IMG/VR virus record: IMGVR_UViG_2541047816_000004
Coordinates: 1 to 42,267 of that record
Origin: a virus
Taxonomy: Duplodnaviria; Heunggongvirae; Uroviricota; Caudoviricetes
Length of the DNA stretch: 42,267 nucleotides
Direction: 5' to 3' (one strand)
Made by a program: the position numbers and the translations under genes. This document shows positions 9,755-24,045 of this stretch, in pieces. Each line of letters starts with the position of its first letter. Within the stretch, counting starts at the first letter, position 1. The notes beneath the pieces were generated by a model. It saw only the letters and a list, made by a program, of their open reading frames with translations. It ran no database searches and was not told the DNA's origin.

Positions 9755-12312
9755 CGTCCACCTCCGGAGAACAGACCACCATCACGCATCTGCCCGGTCA
9801 CAACATCCATTGCCGCCTTGCGGGCCATGTCATACACTGCCTTCAGCATCTGTGGACCTGGCAGACCATTCGTGCCGTCGTTATTAATCACCACATGGTT
9901 ATTCTGCTCAAACTTCCCGGACGCCTGCGACCGGCTGTCCGCCAGGCTGCCCGGTGTACCGACATAACCACCGGTGGCATAGCCGCGCATCAGCCGGTAG
10001 AGATTCCCCACGCCAATCCGGCTGGTTGCCTCCTTCGTGAAGACAAATTCACCACGGTGAACAATCCCCGCTGGCTCATATTTGCCGCCGGTTCCCGTAA
10101 ATCCCCCTGTCGCAAAATGGAATTTCGCCGCAGCTGCCTGAATGGCTGTACCGCCTGACGCGGATGCGCCGCCACCAACAGCCCCGCCAATGGCGCTGCC
10201 GATACTCCCGACAATCCCCACCATTGCCTGCTTAAGCAGAATTTCTGTCATCATGGACAGCACGGATCGGGTGAAGCTGCGCCAGTTTTGTTCACTGCCG
10301 GTCAGCATCGCCGCCATATTCTGTGCAATACCATCAAAGGTCTGCGTGGCTGCACTTTTAACCTGCGACATACTGTCCGTGGCGCTCTCTTCCCACTCAC
10401 TCCAGCCTGACTTGAGGCCTGCCATCCAGCTCCCGCGAAGCTGGTCTTCAGCTGCCCAGGTCTTTTTCTGCTCTGACATGACGTTATTCAGCGCCAGCGG
10501 ATTATCGCCATACTGTTCCTTCAGACGCTGTTCCGTGGCGTCCCGCGCTGCCTGCCGGTCAGTCAGCCCCCGGTTTTTCGCATCAATGGCTGCCCGTTTT
10601 GCCCGTTGTTGCTGTGCGAATTTATCCGCCTGCTGCGCCAGCGCATTCAGGTGCTCCTGATACGTGACCTTATCGCCAAGTGCAGCCAGCTGGCGTTTGT
10701 ACTCCAGCGTCTCGTCTTTATGCGCCAGCAGGGATTTCTCCTGTGCGGACAGCTGGCGACGTTGTGCCGCCTCCTCCAGTACCGCGAACTGACTTTCTGC
10801 CTTCCACAAATCCCGGCGCTGCTGGCTGATTTTCTCATTCGCTCCGGCATGCTTCTCCAGTGTCCGGAGTTCTGCCTGAAGCGTCAGCAGGGCAGCATGA
10901 GCACTGTCTTCCTGACGATCGCCCGCAGACACCTTCACGCCGGACTGTTTCGGCTTTTTCAGCGTCGCTTCATAATCCTTTTTCGCCGCCGCCATCAGCG
11001 TGTTGTAATCTGCCTGCAGGATTTTCCCGTCTTTCAGTGCCTTGTTCAGTTCTTCCTGACGGGCGGTATATTTCTCCAGCGGCGTCTGCAGCCGTTCGTA
11101 AGCCTTCTGCGCCTCTTCGGTATATTTCAGCCGTGACGCTTCGGTATCGCTCTGCTGCTGCGCATTTTTGTCCTGTTGACTCTGCTGTTCAGCCTTCTTT
11201 CGGGCGGCTTCAAGCGCAAGACGGGCCTTTTCACGATCATCCCAGTAACGCGCCCGCGCTTCATCGTTAACAAAATAATCATCCTTGCGCAGATTCCAGA
11301 TGTCGTCCGCTTTCTTAAACGCAGCCTCTGCCTTAATCAGCATCTCCTGAGCGGTATCAGGACGACCAATATCCAGCACCGCATCCCACATGGATTTGAA
11401 TGCCCGTGCTGTCCTGTCTGCCCAGGTTTCCAGCGTGCCCATGTTCTCTTTCAGGCGTCGGGTCTGGTCATCAAACCCTTTCGTTGCGGCCTCGTTCGCC
11501 GCCTGCAATGCCCCGGCTTCATCGCCGGAACGCTGCAACTGAGCAACATACGCAATCTGCTCCGCCGTCACGTTATGGAACTGGCGCGCCATCGCCGTCA
11601 GCCCCGACGTCGGGTCAGTGGTCAGCTTCCCGAAGGCTTCAGCGACCTTGTCCACCTCCACACCGGATGCAGAGGAGAAACGCGCCACACTCTGGCTGAT
11701 GGACGCAATCTGAGCCTCACCGCTTACCCCCGCCTTAACCAGTGCACTGAGTGACTCGCTGGTCTGGTTAAACGTCAGCCCTGCAGCCTGCCCGGCTCTG
11801 GACAGGACCAGCATACGATCTGCCGTCAGTCCCGCCTGATTACCGGAAAGGACCAGCGTTTTGTTGAAATCGGACAGGGTTGAGTTACCCTGATACCAGG
11901 CATACGCCAGCGCACCGGTCGCCACCGCCAGCGAGGTGGCCCCGACCATCGGCAGGGTGATCGCACCGGCAAGCCCCCGGAACATGGGGATCATCCCGCC
12001 GAAGGAGTCCTTAACCTGACCACCCTGTTGCAGCAGGATCAGCCACGGGCTTTGCCCGCCTGCAAGCTGCGTGGCCACGTCGGTGAACTGTGCAGGCAGC
12101 ATACGCATGGCGGCTTTATACTGCCCGACGGAAATCCCCGCTTTCTGTGCAGCCAGCGCCTGTCGGCTCAGCGACTGTTCAACGACTGCCGCTGTTTTTT
12201 TCGCATCACTTTCCGTACCGGAAAAATGACGCCTGACTCTGGCCATCTGCTCGTCAAATCTGGCCGCATCCAGACTTAAATCAACGACCAGATCGCCTAC
12301 CGGTTCAGCCAT
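9751..12312 (-). CDS. H: Tail tape measure protein H
   Basis: 853 aa as in lambda H; coiled-coil rich. Confidence 0.95.
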   Translation of the reverse strand: MAEPVGDLVVDLSLDAARFDEQMARVRRHFSGTESDAKKTAAVVEQSLSRQALAAQKAGISVGQYKAAMRMLPAQFTDVATQLAGGQSPWLILLQQGGQVKDSFGGMIPMFRGLAGAITLPMVGATSLAVATGALAYAWYQGNSTLSDFNKTLVLSGNQAGLTADRMLVLSRAGQAAGLTFNQTSESLSALVKAGVSGEAQIASISQSVARFSSASGVEVDKVAEAFGKLTTDPTSGLTAMARQFHNVTAEQIAYVAQLQRSGDEAGALQAANEAATKGFDDQTRRLKENMGTLETWADRTARAFKSMWDAVLDIGRPDTAQEMLIKAEAAFKKADDIWNLRKDDYFVNDEARARYWDDREKARLALEAARKKAEQQSQQDKNAQQQSDTEASRLKYTEEAQKAYERLQTPLEKYTARQEELNKALKDGKILQADYNTLMAAAKKDYEATLKKPKQSGVKVSAGDRQEDSAHAALLTLQAELRTLEKHAGANEKISQQRRDLWKAESQFAVLEEAAQRRQLSAQEKSLLAHKDETLEYKRQLAALGDKVTYQEHLNALAQQADKFAQQQRAKRAAIDAKNRGLTDRQAARDATEQRLKEQYGDNPLALNNVMSEQKKTWAAEDQLRGSWMAGLKSGWSEWEESATDSMSQVKSAATQTFDGIAQNMAAMLTGSEQNWRSFTRSVLSMMTEILLKQAMVGIVGSIGSAIGGAVGGGASASGGTAIQAAAAKFHFATGGFTGTGGKYEPAGIVHRGEFVFTKEATSRIGVGNLYRLMRGYATGGYVGTPGSLADSRSQASGKFEQNNHVVINNDGTNGLPGPQMLKAVYDMARKAAMDVVTGQMRDGGLFSGGGR

Positions 12313-12739
12313 ACCGGACTCCTCCTGCGATCCCTTCTGATACTGTCATCAGCATTACGTCATCCTCCGTCATGCCCGCCATATCCGGGGAAGCGGGGAT
12401 AACTTCATTTCCGTCCGGGTCAAAGCGGACGCCTCCGGTAAGCCCTGCCGCTTTCTGCATCAGCACATCATCTTCAGGCTCTTCGTCATCCTCACGCCGG
12501 TTCAGCAAACTGAAATCCAGCGGATGCATATCCGGATCGCTGAAAAACAGGCTGAGCACAGTGTACGTCAGCCCGGAAAAGTGCATATCCAGCAGAACAT
12601 CATGAAAATAATGGGTACTGTAAAAGCGGTGCCAGTCGGCATACTCCGTGGATGACATCCCGGCAAGCATGGCGCGCCAGTCAGGTCGCCCCATCTCTCG
12701 CGCCAGTTTCAGGGCAAAACTCAGCTCACCGTCGAACAC
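12305..12739 (-). CDS. T: T portion of the G-T tail assembly chaperone (expressed by -1 frameshift from G)
   Basis: ORF in -1 frame overlapping the 3' end of G. Confidence 0.8.
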   Translation of the reverse strand: MFDGELSFALKLAREMGRPDWRAMLAGMSSTEYADWHRFYSTHYFHDVLLDMHFSGLTYTVLSLFFSDPDMHPLDFSLLNRREDDEEPEDDVLMQKAAGLTGGVRFDPDGNEVIPASPDMAGMTEDDVMLMTVSEGIAGGVRYG

Positions 12740-13143
12740 TTTCCCGCAGAAACAGGCTCTGCAGGCCCGGCGTCCTCTGTCTGGTCAGGGGCATCATTCA
12801 CCACAAACTCATACATTCCGGACAGCCGGTACACCACGTTTTCAGCATGAGAAATTGCCTCTGTAGGCCAGGTGGTAAGCACTTCCTGCTCAATCTGTTT
12901 AACGGCTTCATTCATGGACGGCATCTGCGTCTTCTTCGGATGGTTATGCCACAGGGACATCGCCACCACAAAAGCGCCGGTTCTGATGGCGTCTTCCACA
13001 GTAAACTTCCGGTTGCTGTCTGACTCCGCCTGTTCTGCCTGCCGTTTCATCAGGGCGAGATGCTCAATACGCTGTAGGGCTGACAGTTCAGAAAGCGTGA
13101 CGGTCACGCCGTTATGTTCAAATGATTCGGTTTTCAGGAACAT
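12721..13143 (-). CDS. G: Tail assembly chaperone G
   Basis: 140 aa as in lambda G; MFLKTESFEHNGVTVTLSELSALQRIEHLALMKRQ. Confidence 0.9.
   Translation of the reverse strand: MFLKTESFEHNGVTVTLSELSALQRIEHLALMKRQAEQAESDSNRKFTVEDAIRTGAFVVAMSLWHNHPKKTQMPSMNEAVKQIEQEVLTTWPTEAISHAENVVYRLSGMYEFVVNDAPDQTEDAGPAEPVSAGKCSTVS
12740..12746 (-). other. Programmed -1 ribosomal frameshift slippery heptamer GGGAAAG at G/T junction
   Basis: Minus-strand GCGGGAAAGTG read from the sequence at the G/T overlap. Confidence 0.75.
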
Positions 13144-13158
13144 CGCTGACTCTCCGGA

Positions 13159-13899
13159 TTAACTGGCGGTGACGGTGATTTCTGCAACCGCAGCAAACTC
13201 ACCATTACCGGATACGACCGGAATGTTGACCTTGCCTGCAGCAACGCCGTTCACGGTGATGGTCATACCACTGACCGACACGGTGGCTTTTGTTTTATCC
13301 GCAGACACCGCACGGAAGCTCTTGTCGGTTGCGCCTTCCGGCTGGAATGCCACGGTCAGCGTGGTGCTCTGCCCTTTCACTACGGAAGCACTGGCTGGCG
13401 TTACCGTCATGCCGGTGGCCGCCGTCACCGTGCTGCGATCTTCTGCCATCGACGGGCGTCCCACATTGGTGACCTTCACCGTGCGGGTAATCACTTCCTT
13501 CGCCGTCACCGCCTTACCGATACTGCTGACCCAGCCACGGAACACATCGACCGTGCCGTTCGGGAAGCGGATTTTATAGGCACGGGTATCACCTTCATTA
13601 AACCACGCCAGCAGCGCCTGCTGCCCCTGCTCTCCGGGCATCCACGCCAGCGTGAAGCTGGTATCTCCGGCTGACTTCTGCCCCTGTCCGGTCGCGGTCC
13701 AGTCCGCATCTTCATCATCGAGATAACTGTCGTCATAGGACTCAGCGGTCAGTTCGCCGGGCGTCAGGTCTTTAACTTTAGCCAGACGCGACCAGTCAAC
13801 GTCTGAAAGCGGGTTCGCATAAGGGTCACCGTTCCCCTTATAAACCCACAGTGTGGTCCCGGCACCTTTCACCGGCATTGTTGGATTTGGTACAGGCAT
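13159..13899 (-). CDS. V: Major tail tube protein V
   Basis: [22 protein letters not shown]...; start at M11 of track ORF; Ig-like C-terminal domain. Confidence 0.9.
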   Translation of the reverse strand: MPVPNPTMPVKGAGTTLWVYKGNGDPYANPLSDVDWSRLAKVKDLTPGELTAESYDDSYLDDEDADWTATGQGQKSAGDTSFTLAWMPGEQGQQALLAWFNEGDTRAYKIRFPNGTVDVFRGWVSSIGKAVTAKEVITRTVKVTNVGRPSMAEDRSTVTAATGMTVTPASASVVKGQSTTLTVAFQPEGATDKSFRAVSADKTKATVSVSGMTITVNGVAAGKVNIPVVSGNGEFAAVAEITVTAS

Positions 13900-13906
13900 A
13901 GCGTCC

Positions 13907-14302
13907 TCACATTTCATAGGTAATGACATAAGTCAGATCGGCTGAACTCCACAGGCCCGCATCATCGTCGCGCCGGTAGTCATAGCCACTGGCCACCATA
14001 CTGGTGATCAAATCTGACAGTGCCGGGATATCGCTCATCACCGGATAAATCCGGGACTCCATCCACGAATCCAGCTCTGAATCCGGCACCTGAGCAGGCA
14101 GGAAAACTTCAATATGCAGCTCCGCCTGCCAGGTATCGCTGTCCAGCTCTTCGCCCGTGTATTCAGCGCCGGTGAGATAAACGGCAATTGCCGGAAAATC
14201 CGCCTCATCAAAAACAGCGGGGCGACCATCAAAAAGCGTCGCCCCGGTGTCATGCTTCTCCAGTGCATCCAGTACGGCTGCACGGAGTTCAGTATGTTTC
14301 AT
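13907..14302 (-). CDS. U: Tail terminator protein U
   Basis: 131 aa as in lambda U; [33 protein letters not shown]. Confidence 0.9.
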   Translation of the reverse strand: MKHTELRAAVLDALEKHDTGATLFDGRPAVFDEADFPAIAVYLTGAEYTGEELDSDTWQAELHIEVFLPAQVPDSELDSWMESRIYPVMSDIPALSDLITSMVASGYDYRRDDDAGLWSSADLTYVITYEM

Positions 14303-14877
14303 CGCTTTATTACCATTCTCAGTTGATGCTGCAGCGCATAGCCCAGCTCTTTCGGAAGACGTTCACGCCGTATCCGTTCAATATTCTGTTTAAACGCCGT
14401 GGTAAGCGGCACCGCCATCGGGATTTTCACCACATCAATGGGGTAACGGTTTTTCCCGGCCACACGCTGCATGACATGCCACCGCCCATTTTTCAGTTGC
14501 TGAATAAACGCGCCGGGAATACGACGGTTACCCACCACAAGCACGCTGCCGCCACCTTTCAGGGATGAACGCTGCCCCTTTTTACGACGCCTGCGGCGGG
14601 ACAGGACAACCCGCGCATTACCCAGCTTGATTACGGGCAAATCCCCCCGGTTAACTTTGATTCTGGCCTGCGGATTTTTGACCGTGGCCCTTTTCAGCCT
14701 GGCCCTTTCCTTTACCAGTTTCCGGCGTACCTTTGTCTCACGGGCAACCTGTGACGCAGACTGCGATATCACGGATGAAGCAACGCGGTTAATGGCCATT
14801 GCGGCGGCACCAGGCACCGCCGTTTTGCTGATACGGCTGAGGTTTTCAACGGCCTGCTCAAGACCTTTTATGGCCAT
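14299..14877 (-). CDS. Z: Tail completion protein Z
   Basis: 192 aa as in lambda Z; lambda gene order. Confidence 0.9.
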   Translation of the reverse strand: MAIKGLEQAVENLSRISKTAVPGAAAMAINRVASSVISQSASQVARETKVRRKLVKERARLKRATVKNPQARIKVNRGDLPVIKLGNARVVLSRRRRRKKGQRSSLKGGGSVLVVGNRRIPGAFIQQLKNGRWHVMQRVAGKNRYPIDVVKIPMAVPLTTAFKQNIERIRRERLPKELGYALQHQLRMVIKR

Positions 14878-14888
14878 ACATCCCCCTT

Positions 14889-15242
14889 TCAGCGGCGACG
14901 GTTAACGGCAGGCGGTACGCCCCGCCCAAGCCAGAGATGACAGCTTCCACCATCATCCGGCGAAACCCGGTCTATCCAGAAGTTTTCCTCACCGATGGTC
15001 AGCGTGTCTCCACGCCGCAGCTGCCGCACATCATCAGTCCGGACAAACAGGGACGGGCTGGAGCCTTCAACGCGCACGCCCTGTCCGGCATAGCTGATAT
15101 TTTCAGGGTCATCAAAAACACCACGTATTACTGCGCCGGACTGCTCACCGGATGTCATGGTGGCTGACGTTCCCATGTACCCGCGTATCGTTTCATCGGC
15201 GCGGACAATGGCAGCATCGAACAGGTTATCGAAATCAGCCAC
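14889..15242 (-). CDS. FII: Head-tail joining protein FII
   Basis: 117 aa as in lambda FII. Confidence 0.9.
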   Translation of the reverse strand: MADFDNLFDAAIVRADETIRGYMGTSATMTSGEQSGAVIRGVFDDPENISYAGQGVRVEGSSPSLFVRTDDVRQLRRGDTLTIGEENFWIDRVSPDDGGSCHLWLGRGVPPAVNRRR

Positions 15243-15253
15243 AGCGCCTCCCG

Positions 15254-15649
15254 TTATTGCATTCTGGCCAGGCCGCGCTCTGTCATTTCGGCTGCCACAC
15301 CGGCAGAGACACGAAACGCCGTTCCCGGCAGCACAAATGCCACAGGTTCATCCCGCGTGGCGTGAAGTGCATCGGTATGCAGCGTCACCAGTGCCACAAC
15401 CGTGACCAGAACAGCCGTATCAGTCACGGTATCCGTCTGTGCTGATACCACCTCATTTTCATGTCCGGTCAGCGCATTTTCCGGGCTGACAGACGTGTCC
15501 TGACCGGCTCCGTCATCCTTGTCATCAAGCTCCTCTTCCAGCTCTGCCACACGGAGCGCCAGTTCTTCTTTCGTCCCCGTCAGGCTGACATCACGGTTCA
15601 GTTGCTCACCCAGCGACCGGAGACGGGCAATCAGTTCATCTTTCGTCAT
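15254..15649 (-). CDS. FI: DNA packaging protein FI
   Basis: MTKDELIARLRSLGEQLNRDVSLTGTKEELALRVAELEEELDD; start at M14 of track ORF. Confidence 0.85.
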   Translation of the reverse strand: MTKDELIARLRSLGEQLNRDVSLTGTKEELALRVAELEEELDDKDDGAGQDTSVSPENALTGHENEVVSAQTDTVTDTAVLVTVVALVTLHTDALHATRDEPVAFVLPGTAFRVSAGVAAEMTERGLARMQ

Positions 15650-15690
15650 GGACTCCTCCACAGAGAGAAAATGGCCCCGAAGGGCCATGA

Positions 15691-16716
15691 TTACGCCAGT
15701 TGAACGGACACGAACTCATCAGGATCAGCCAGCAGCATCAGCGGTGCTGACTGAATCATGGTGAACTCACGCGCCGGATCGCCGCTGGTCACCCAGTTTT
15801 TCGGGTAGCGGGCAGAAGCGTTAATACCTTCGCGCTGTGCGTCCGCATCCTGAATGCAGCCATAGGTGCGCAGACCGCGAGCCTGAGTGTTCCCCAGCAC
15901 CATCGTGTTGTCCGGCAGAAAGTTCTTTTTGACGCCGTTTTCCACGTACTGTCCGGAATACACGACGATGGCCACATCGCCATACATCCCCTTATAGGAC
16001 ACCGCTTTGCCCAGGTCTTTCACCGCTGTCTCCAGCTCGGAATGAGAGCCGCGACGGGTATCCAGCTTCTCCCTGACGGCTTTGAAGGAACGGAACAGCG
16101 CCCAGCCTTTCGGATCAAAAACGATAATATTCACCACACCGCTGGCGTTCAGCGCGTAGGCTTCGATATCGTCGGTCGGGTCATACGTGGACTTGTCGCG
16201 CTTGCTCCACTCCGTGCTGCCGGACTGCGTGATGTTATTCGCTTCACTGCGACCCATATCCACCTCAACCGGATCGAAGGCTTCACCGGTCATGGTGTAT
16301 TTGCCCTTAAGCACGGCAGAAACGGCCTGCATCTCTTCGACCTGAGCAATGGCCAGCTCTTCGTCTCGCATGTTCTGCATGATGATGCGACGGCGGCGGT
16401 AAGCCGGGTCCGCCAGATTCTTCGGATCTTCATCCGGCAGGCGACGCAGGGTCATCTGCGGATTCACCTCATGCTTGGGCTTGACATATCCCGGTGTAAA
16501 TTCAGAGGTGGAGCCGCCACGGGAGCGGATAACCTCACCGGAAACAATCGGCGAAACGTACAGCGCCATGTTTACCAGTCCCGGAATTTGTGAGAGATAG
16601 ACTTTCTCCGTGGTGAAGGGATAGCTCTCACGGAAAAAGAGACGCAGAAACAGCGGATCAAACTTAAATTTCTGCTCATTTGCCGCCAGCAGTTGGGCGG
16701 TTGTGTACATCGACAT
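15691..16716 (-). CDS. E: Major capsid protein E
   Basis: 341 aa as in lambda E; MSMYTTAQLLAANEQKFKFDPLFLRLFFRESYPF. Confidence 0.95.
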   Translation of the reverse strand: MSMYTTAQLLAANEQKFKFDPLFLRLFFRESYPFTTEKVYLSQIPGLVNMALYVSPIVSGEVIRSRGGSTSEFTPGYVKPKHEVNPQMTLRRLPDEDPKNLADPAYRRRRIIMQNMRDEELAIAQVEEMQAVSAVLKGKYTMTGEAFDPVEVDMGRSEANNITQSGSTEWSKRDKSTYDPTDDIEAYALNASGVVNIIVFDPKGWALFRSFKAVREKLDTRRGSHSELETAVKDLGKAVSYKGMYGDVAIVVYSGQYVENGVKKNFLPDNTMVLGNTQARGLRTYGCIQDADAQREGINASARYPKNWVTSGDPAREFTMIQSAPLMLLADPDEFVSVQLA

Positions 16717-16770
16717 AAAAAATCCCGTAAAAAAAGCCGCACATGCGGCCTTTAGTGATGAAGGGTCAGG

Positions 16771-17103
16771 TTAAACGATGCTGATTGCCGTTCCGGCAAA
16801 CGCGGTCCGTTTTTTCGTCTCGTCGCTGGCAGCCTCCGGCCAGAGCACATCCTCATAACGGAACGTGCCGGACTTGTAGAACGTCAGCGTGTTGCTGGTC
16901 TGGTCAGCAGCAACCGCAAGAATGCCAACGGCAGCACCGTCGGTGGTGCCATCCCACGCAACCAGCTTACGGGTGGAGGTGTCCAGCATCAGCGGGGTCA
17001 TTGCAGGCGCTTTCGCACTCAATCCGCCGGGCGCGGTTGCGGTATGAGCCGGGTCACTGTTGCCCAGCGGCTGGTAATGGGTAAAGGTTTCTTTGCTCGT
17101 CAT
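16771..17103 (-). CDS. D: Capsid decoration protein D
   Basis: [42 protein letters not shown]; start at M3 of track ORF. Confidence 0.9.
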   Translation of the reverse strand: MTSKETFTHYQPLGNSDPAHTATAPGGLSAKAPAMTPLMLDTSTRKLVAWDGTTDGAAVGILAVAADQTSNTLTFYKSGTFRYEDVLWPEAASDETKKRTAFAGTAISIV

Positions 17104-17112
17104 AAACATCCC

Positions 17113-17718
17113 TTACACTGGTGTGTTCAGCAAATCGTTAACGGCATCAGATGCCGGGTTACCTGCAGCCAGCGGTGCCGGTGCCCCCTGCATCAGACGA
17201 TCCAGCGCAGTGTCACTGCGCGCCTGTGCACTCTGTGGTGCTGCGGCCAGAATGCGGCGGGCCGTTTCCACGGTCATACCGGGGGTTTCGGCCAGCACGC
17301 GGGCCTGTTCTTCGCGTCCGTGAGCCTCCTCACAGTTGAGGATCCCCATAATGCGGCTGTTTTCTGCCGCAACCGCAGCGGTGATCTGCGCGTTCACGTC
17401 CGGCTGCGCCGCGCTGGCGTTTTCGCCCTCCGTCGCTGGCACCACGTCAGTAACGTCAGCCTGCGAAGCAGTGGCTGAAACAGTTGTTGATTGAGTCTCT
17501 TTGGTCATTCGCCCTCCTGAGAGACGGGATTTACGTGCATCCAGTGCATCACGCATAACGGTGATCGCATCGGTGCTGTTGACAAGTTCATCAGCCAGTC
17601 CGGCATCAATGGCCTCCTGACCGCTGTACACTGCAGCCTCGGTATCCAGCACAGCCTGCACGGACAGGCCGATATATGCCGACACCTTCTGCGCAAACAT
17701 CTGGCGGGTTGCATCCAT
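17113..17718 (-). CDS. nu3: Scaffolding protein Nu3 (in-frame C-terminal segment of C)
   Basis: In-frame ATG at lambda-equivalent position (MDATRQMFAQ...), 606 bp as in lambda. Confidence 0.7.
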   Translation of the reverse strand: MDATRQMFAQKVSAYIGLSVQAVLDTEAAVYSGQEAIDAGLADELVNSTDAITVMRDALDARKSRLSGGRMTKETQSTTVSATASQADVTDVVPATEGENASAAQPDVNAQITAAVAAENSRIMGILNCEEAHGREEQARVLAETPGMTVETARRILAAAPQSAQARSDTALDRLMQGAPAPLAAGNPASDAVNDLLNTPV

Positions 17719-18412
17719 CCGGGACTGCAGTGTCTCCCGGACGTCATCCGGAAGATGGCTGTAGGGGTTGCCATCCACCTTATGGCTGCCGCTGTAAATC
17801 AGCGTGATTTCCACGCCCTGTTTCTCCAGCGCAGCACCGTAATTACTGTGAGCCATCATGACGCCGATGGAGCCTGTCCGGGCGGTCTGCGTGACCAGAC
17901 GCCGGGAGGCGGCGCTGGCAAGCAGCTGCCCTGCACTGCAGTTCATGTCATTGGCCAGCGCCCATACCGGCTTTATGTCACGCACACGGGCGATGATGTC
18001 AGCGCAGTCAAATGCCCCTGCCACCATCCCGCCTGGCGTATCCATATCGAGCAGAATGCCGTCCACCATCGGGTCGCTGGCAGCCTGTTGCAGACGGGCG
18101 ATAATGCCGTTGTAACCGGTCATCCCCGAATACGGCTGCAGCGCTCGCGTCCGGCTGACCAGCGTACCGGACACCGGCAGCACGGCGATGCCGTTCATGA
18201 CCTGATAATTGCGGGCCTGTCGTGGTCCGTCATCATCACCGGATAACGCCAGCGCCGCGGGTGCCTCTCCGGCAGTCAGGCTGTCGCCGGACACCGCATC
18301 CGTCAGGCGACTGATCCCAAGCTGGCCTGCAAGCGCACAAAAGAAAACCCGCGCATAGGCGGGTTCAAGCATCAGCGGCTCATTAAAAGCCATGCTGGCA
18401 ATATGCGGGAGA

Positions 18413-18432
<20 letters not shown>
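17113..18432 (-). CDS. C: Capsid assembly protease C (S49 family), probable GTG start
   Basis: Track ORF extended upstream; lambda-equivalent start (V)TAELRNLPHIASMAF gives 439 aa. Confidence 0.85.
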
Positions 18433-22102
<3,670 letters not shown>

Positions 22103-22128
<26 letters not shown>

Positions 22129-22648
22129 TCAGCAACCCCGGTATCAGTTCATCCAGCGCGGCTGCTTTGTTCATGGCTTTGATGATATCCCGTTTCAGGA
22201 AATCAACATGTCGGTTTTCCAGTTCCGGAAAACGCCGCTGCACCGACAGGGGGATCCCGTCGAGAATACTGGCAATTTCACCTGCGATCCGCGACAGCAC
22301 GAAAGTACAGAATGCGGTTTCCACCACTTCAGCGGAGTCTCTGGCATTCTTCAGTTCCTGTGCGTCGGCCTGCGCACGCGTAAGTCGATGGCGTTCGTAC
22401 TCAATAGTTCCTGGCTGGAGATCTGCCTCGCTGGCCTGCCGCAGTTCTTCAACCTCCCGGCGCAGCTTTTCGTTCTCAATTTCAGCATCCCTTTCGGCAT
22501 ACCATTTTATGACGTCGGCAGAGTCATAAAGCACCTCATTACCCTTCCCACCGCCTCGCAGAACGGGCATTCCCTGCTCCTGCCAGTTCTGAATAGTACG
22601 GATACTCGCGCCGAAAATGTCAGCCAGCTGCTTTTTGTTGACTTCCAT
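22103..22648 (-). CDS. nu1: Terminase small subunit Nu1
   Basis: 181 aa; MEVNKKQLADIFGASIRTIQNWQEQGMPVLRGGGKGNEVLYD matches lambda Nu1 as recalled. Confidence 0.95.
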
Positions 22649-22825
22649 TGTTCATTCCACGGACAAAAACAGAGAAAGGAAACGACAGAGGCCAAAAAGC
22701 CCGTTTTCAGCACCTGTCGTTTCCTTTCTTTTCAGAGGGTATTTTAAATAAAAACATTAAGTTATGACGAAGAAGAACGGAAACGCCTTAAACCGGAAAT
22801 TTTTCATAAATAGCGAAAACCCGCG

Positions 22826-22837
22826 AGGTCGCCGCCC
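22826..22837. other. cos: cosN 12-nt cohesive-end site (aggtcgccgccc = reverse complement of GGGCGGCGACCT), cosB toward nu1, cosQ to the right
   Basis: Exact 12-mer followed by cgtaacctgtcggatcaccggaaaggacc, the reverse complement of the lambda right end as recalled. Confidence 0.85.
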
Positions 22838-23036
22838 CGTAACCTGTCGGATCACCGGAAAGGACCCGTAAAGCGATAATGATTATCATCTACATATCAC
22901 AACGTGCGTGGAGGCCATCAAACCACGTCAAATAATCAATTATGACGCAGGTATCGTATTAATTGATCTGCATCAACCTAACGTAAAAACAACTTCAGAC
23001 AATACAAATCAGCGACACTGAATACAGGGCAACCTC

Positions 23037-23270
23037 ATGTCAACGAAGAACAGAACCCGCAGAACAACAACCCGCAACATCCGCTTTCCTAACCAAATGA
23101 TTGAACAAATTAACATCGCTCTTGTTCAAAAAGGGTCCGGGAATTTCTCAGCCTGGGTCATTGAAGCCTGCCGCCGGAGACTGTGCTCAGAAAAAAGAGT
23201 TTCGCCTGAAGCAAACAAAGAAAAGAGTGACATTACTGAATTGCTCAGAAAACAGGTCAGACCAGATTGA
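23037..23270 (+). CDS. Small basic hypothetical protein encoded next to cosQ
   Basis: 77-aa ORF MSTKNRTRRTTTRNIRFPNQMIEQINIAL...; DNA closely matches lambda right-end sequence as recalled. Confidence 0.4.
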   Translation: MSTKNRTRRTTTRNIRFPNQMIEQINIALVQKGSGNFSAWVIEACRRRLCSEKRVSPEANKEKSDITELLRKQVRPD

Positions 23271-23327
23271 AGCAATTTAGATAATCGTGCAGACTACGCC
23301 CCCTCATATCACATGGAAGGTACTACA

Positions 23328-23738
23328 ATGGCTCAGGTTGCCATTTTTAAACAAATATTCGATAAAGTGCGAAATAATTTAAACTATCACTGGTTTTATT
23401 CTGAACTAAAACGTCACAATGTTTCACATTACATTTACTATTTAGCCACAGAGAATATTCATCTTGTTCTTGAAAACGATAATACGGTTTTAATAAAAGG
23501 ACAGGGTAAGGTTGTAAATGTAAGATTTTCAAAAAATAAATGCCTTATAGAAGCCACCTTAAAAGGATTCAAATCAGGAGAGTTATCATTTTACGAATAC
23601 AGGAAAAATCTTGCTACAGCAGGGGTTTTCAGATGGATTACAAATATCCACGAAAACAAAAGGTATTACTATACCTTTGATAATTCATTACTCTTTACTG
23701 AGAACATTCAGAACACTACACAAATATTTCCGCACTAA
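23328..23738 (+). CDS. YbcV/YdfO-like (DUF1398) prophage protein
   Basis: [17 protein letters not shown]...[29 protein letters not shown] resembles YbcV/YdfO as recalled. Confidence 0.6.
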   Translation: MAQVAIFKQIFDKVRNNLNYHWFYSELKRHNVSHYIYYLATENIHLVLENDNTVLIKGQGKVVNVRFSKNKCLIEATLKGFKSGELSFYEYRKNLATAGVFRWITNIHENKRYYYTFDNSLLFTENIQNTTQIFPH

Positions 23739-24045
23739 ATCATAACGTCCGGTTTCTTCCGTGCCAGAACCGGACTCGCTGGCATGATGAAATATGTGTA
23801 CCCGGTAACCCCGGTGTGCATCGTTTTTGATTATTCCCCCACACTTGTGCAGAAGGAGTTCCCCGTCAGGCTACAGTCATAATTAATGCAAGAGTACAGC
23901 GACGATACAGCGCACAGAAATAAATCAGGTATCCATTGACTTCACAAAGACGGTGCATAGCATCGACAGGAGTAATTGCGTAAATTGAACTCTTGGCACA
24001 CTTTAGCCACCGGCGAATCTTCAGCGGATTATCCTTGGCCGGTTT

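Noticed and set aside
9895-12279. Multiple plus-strand ORFs (87-192 aa) inside tape measure gene H
   Set aside because: All antisense to H with low-complexity products.
17755-18246. 163-aa plus-strand ORF inside C
   Set aside because: Antisense to the C/nu3 gene.
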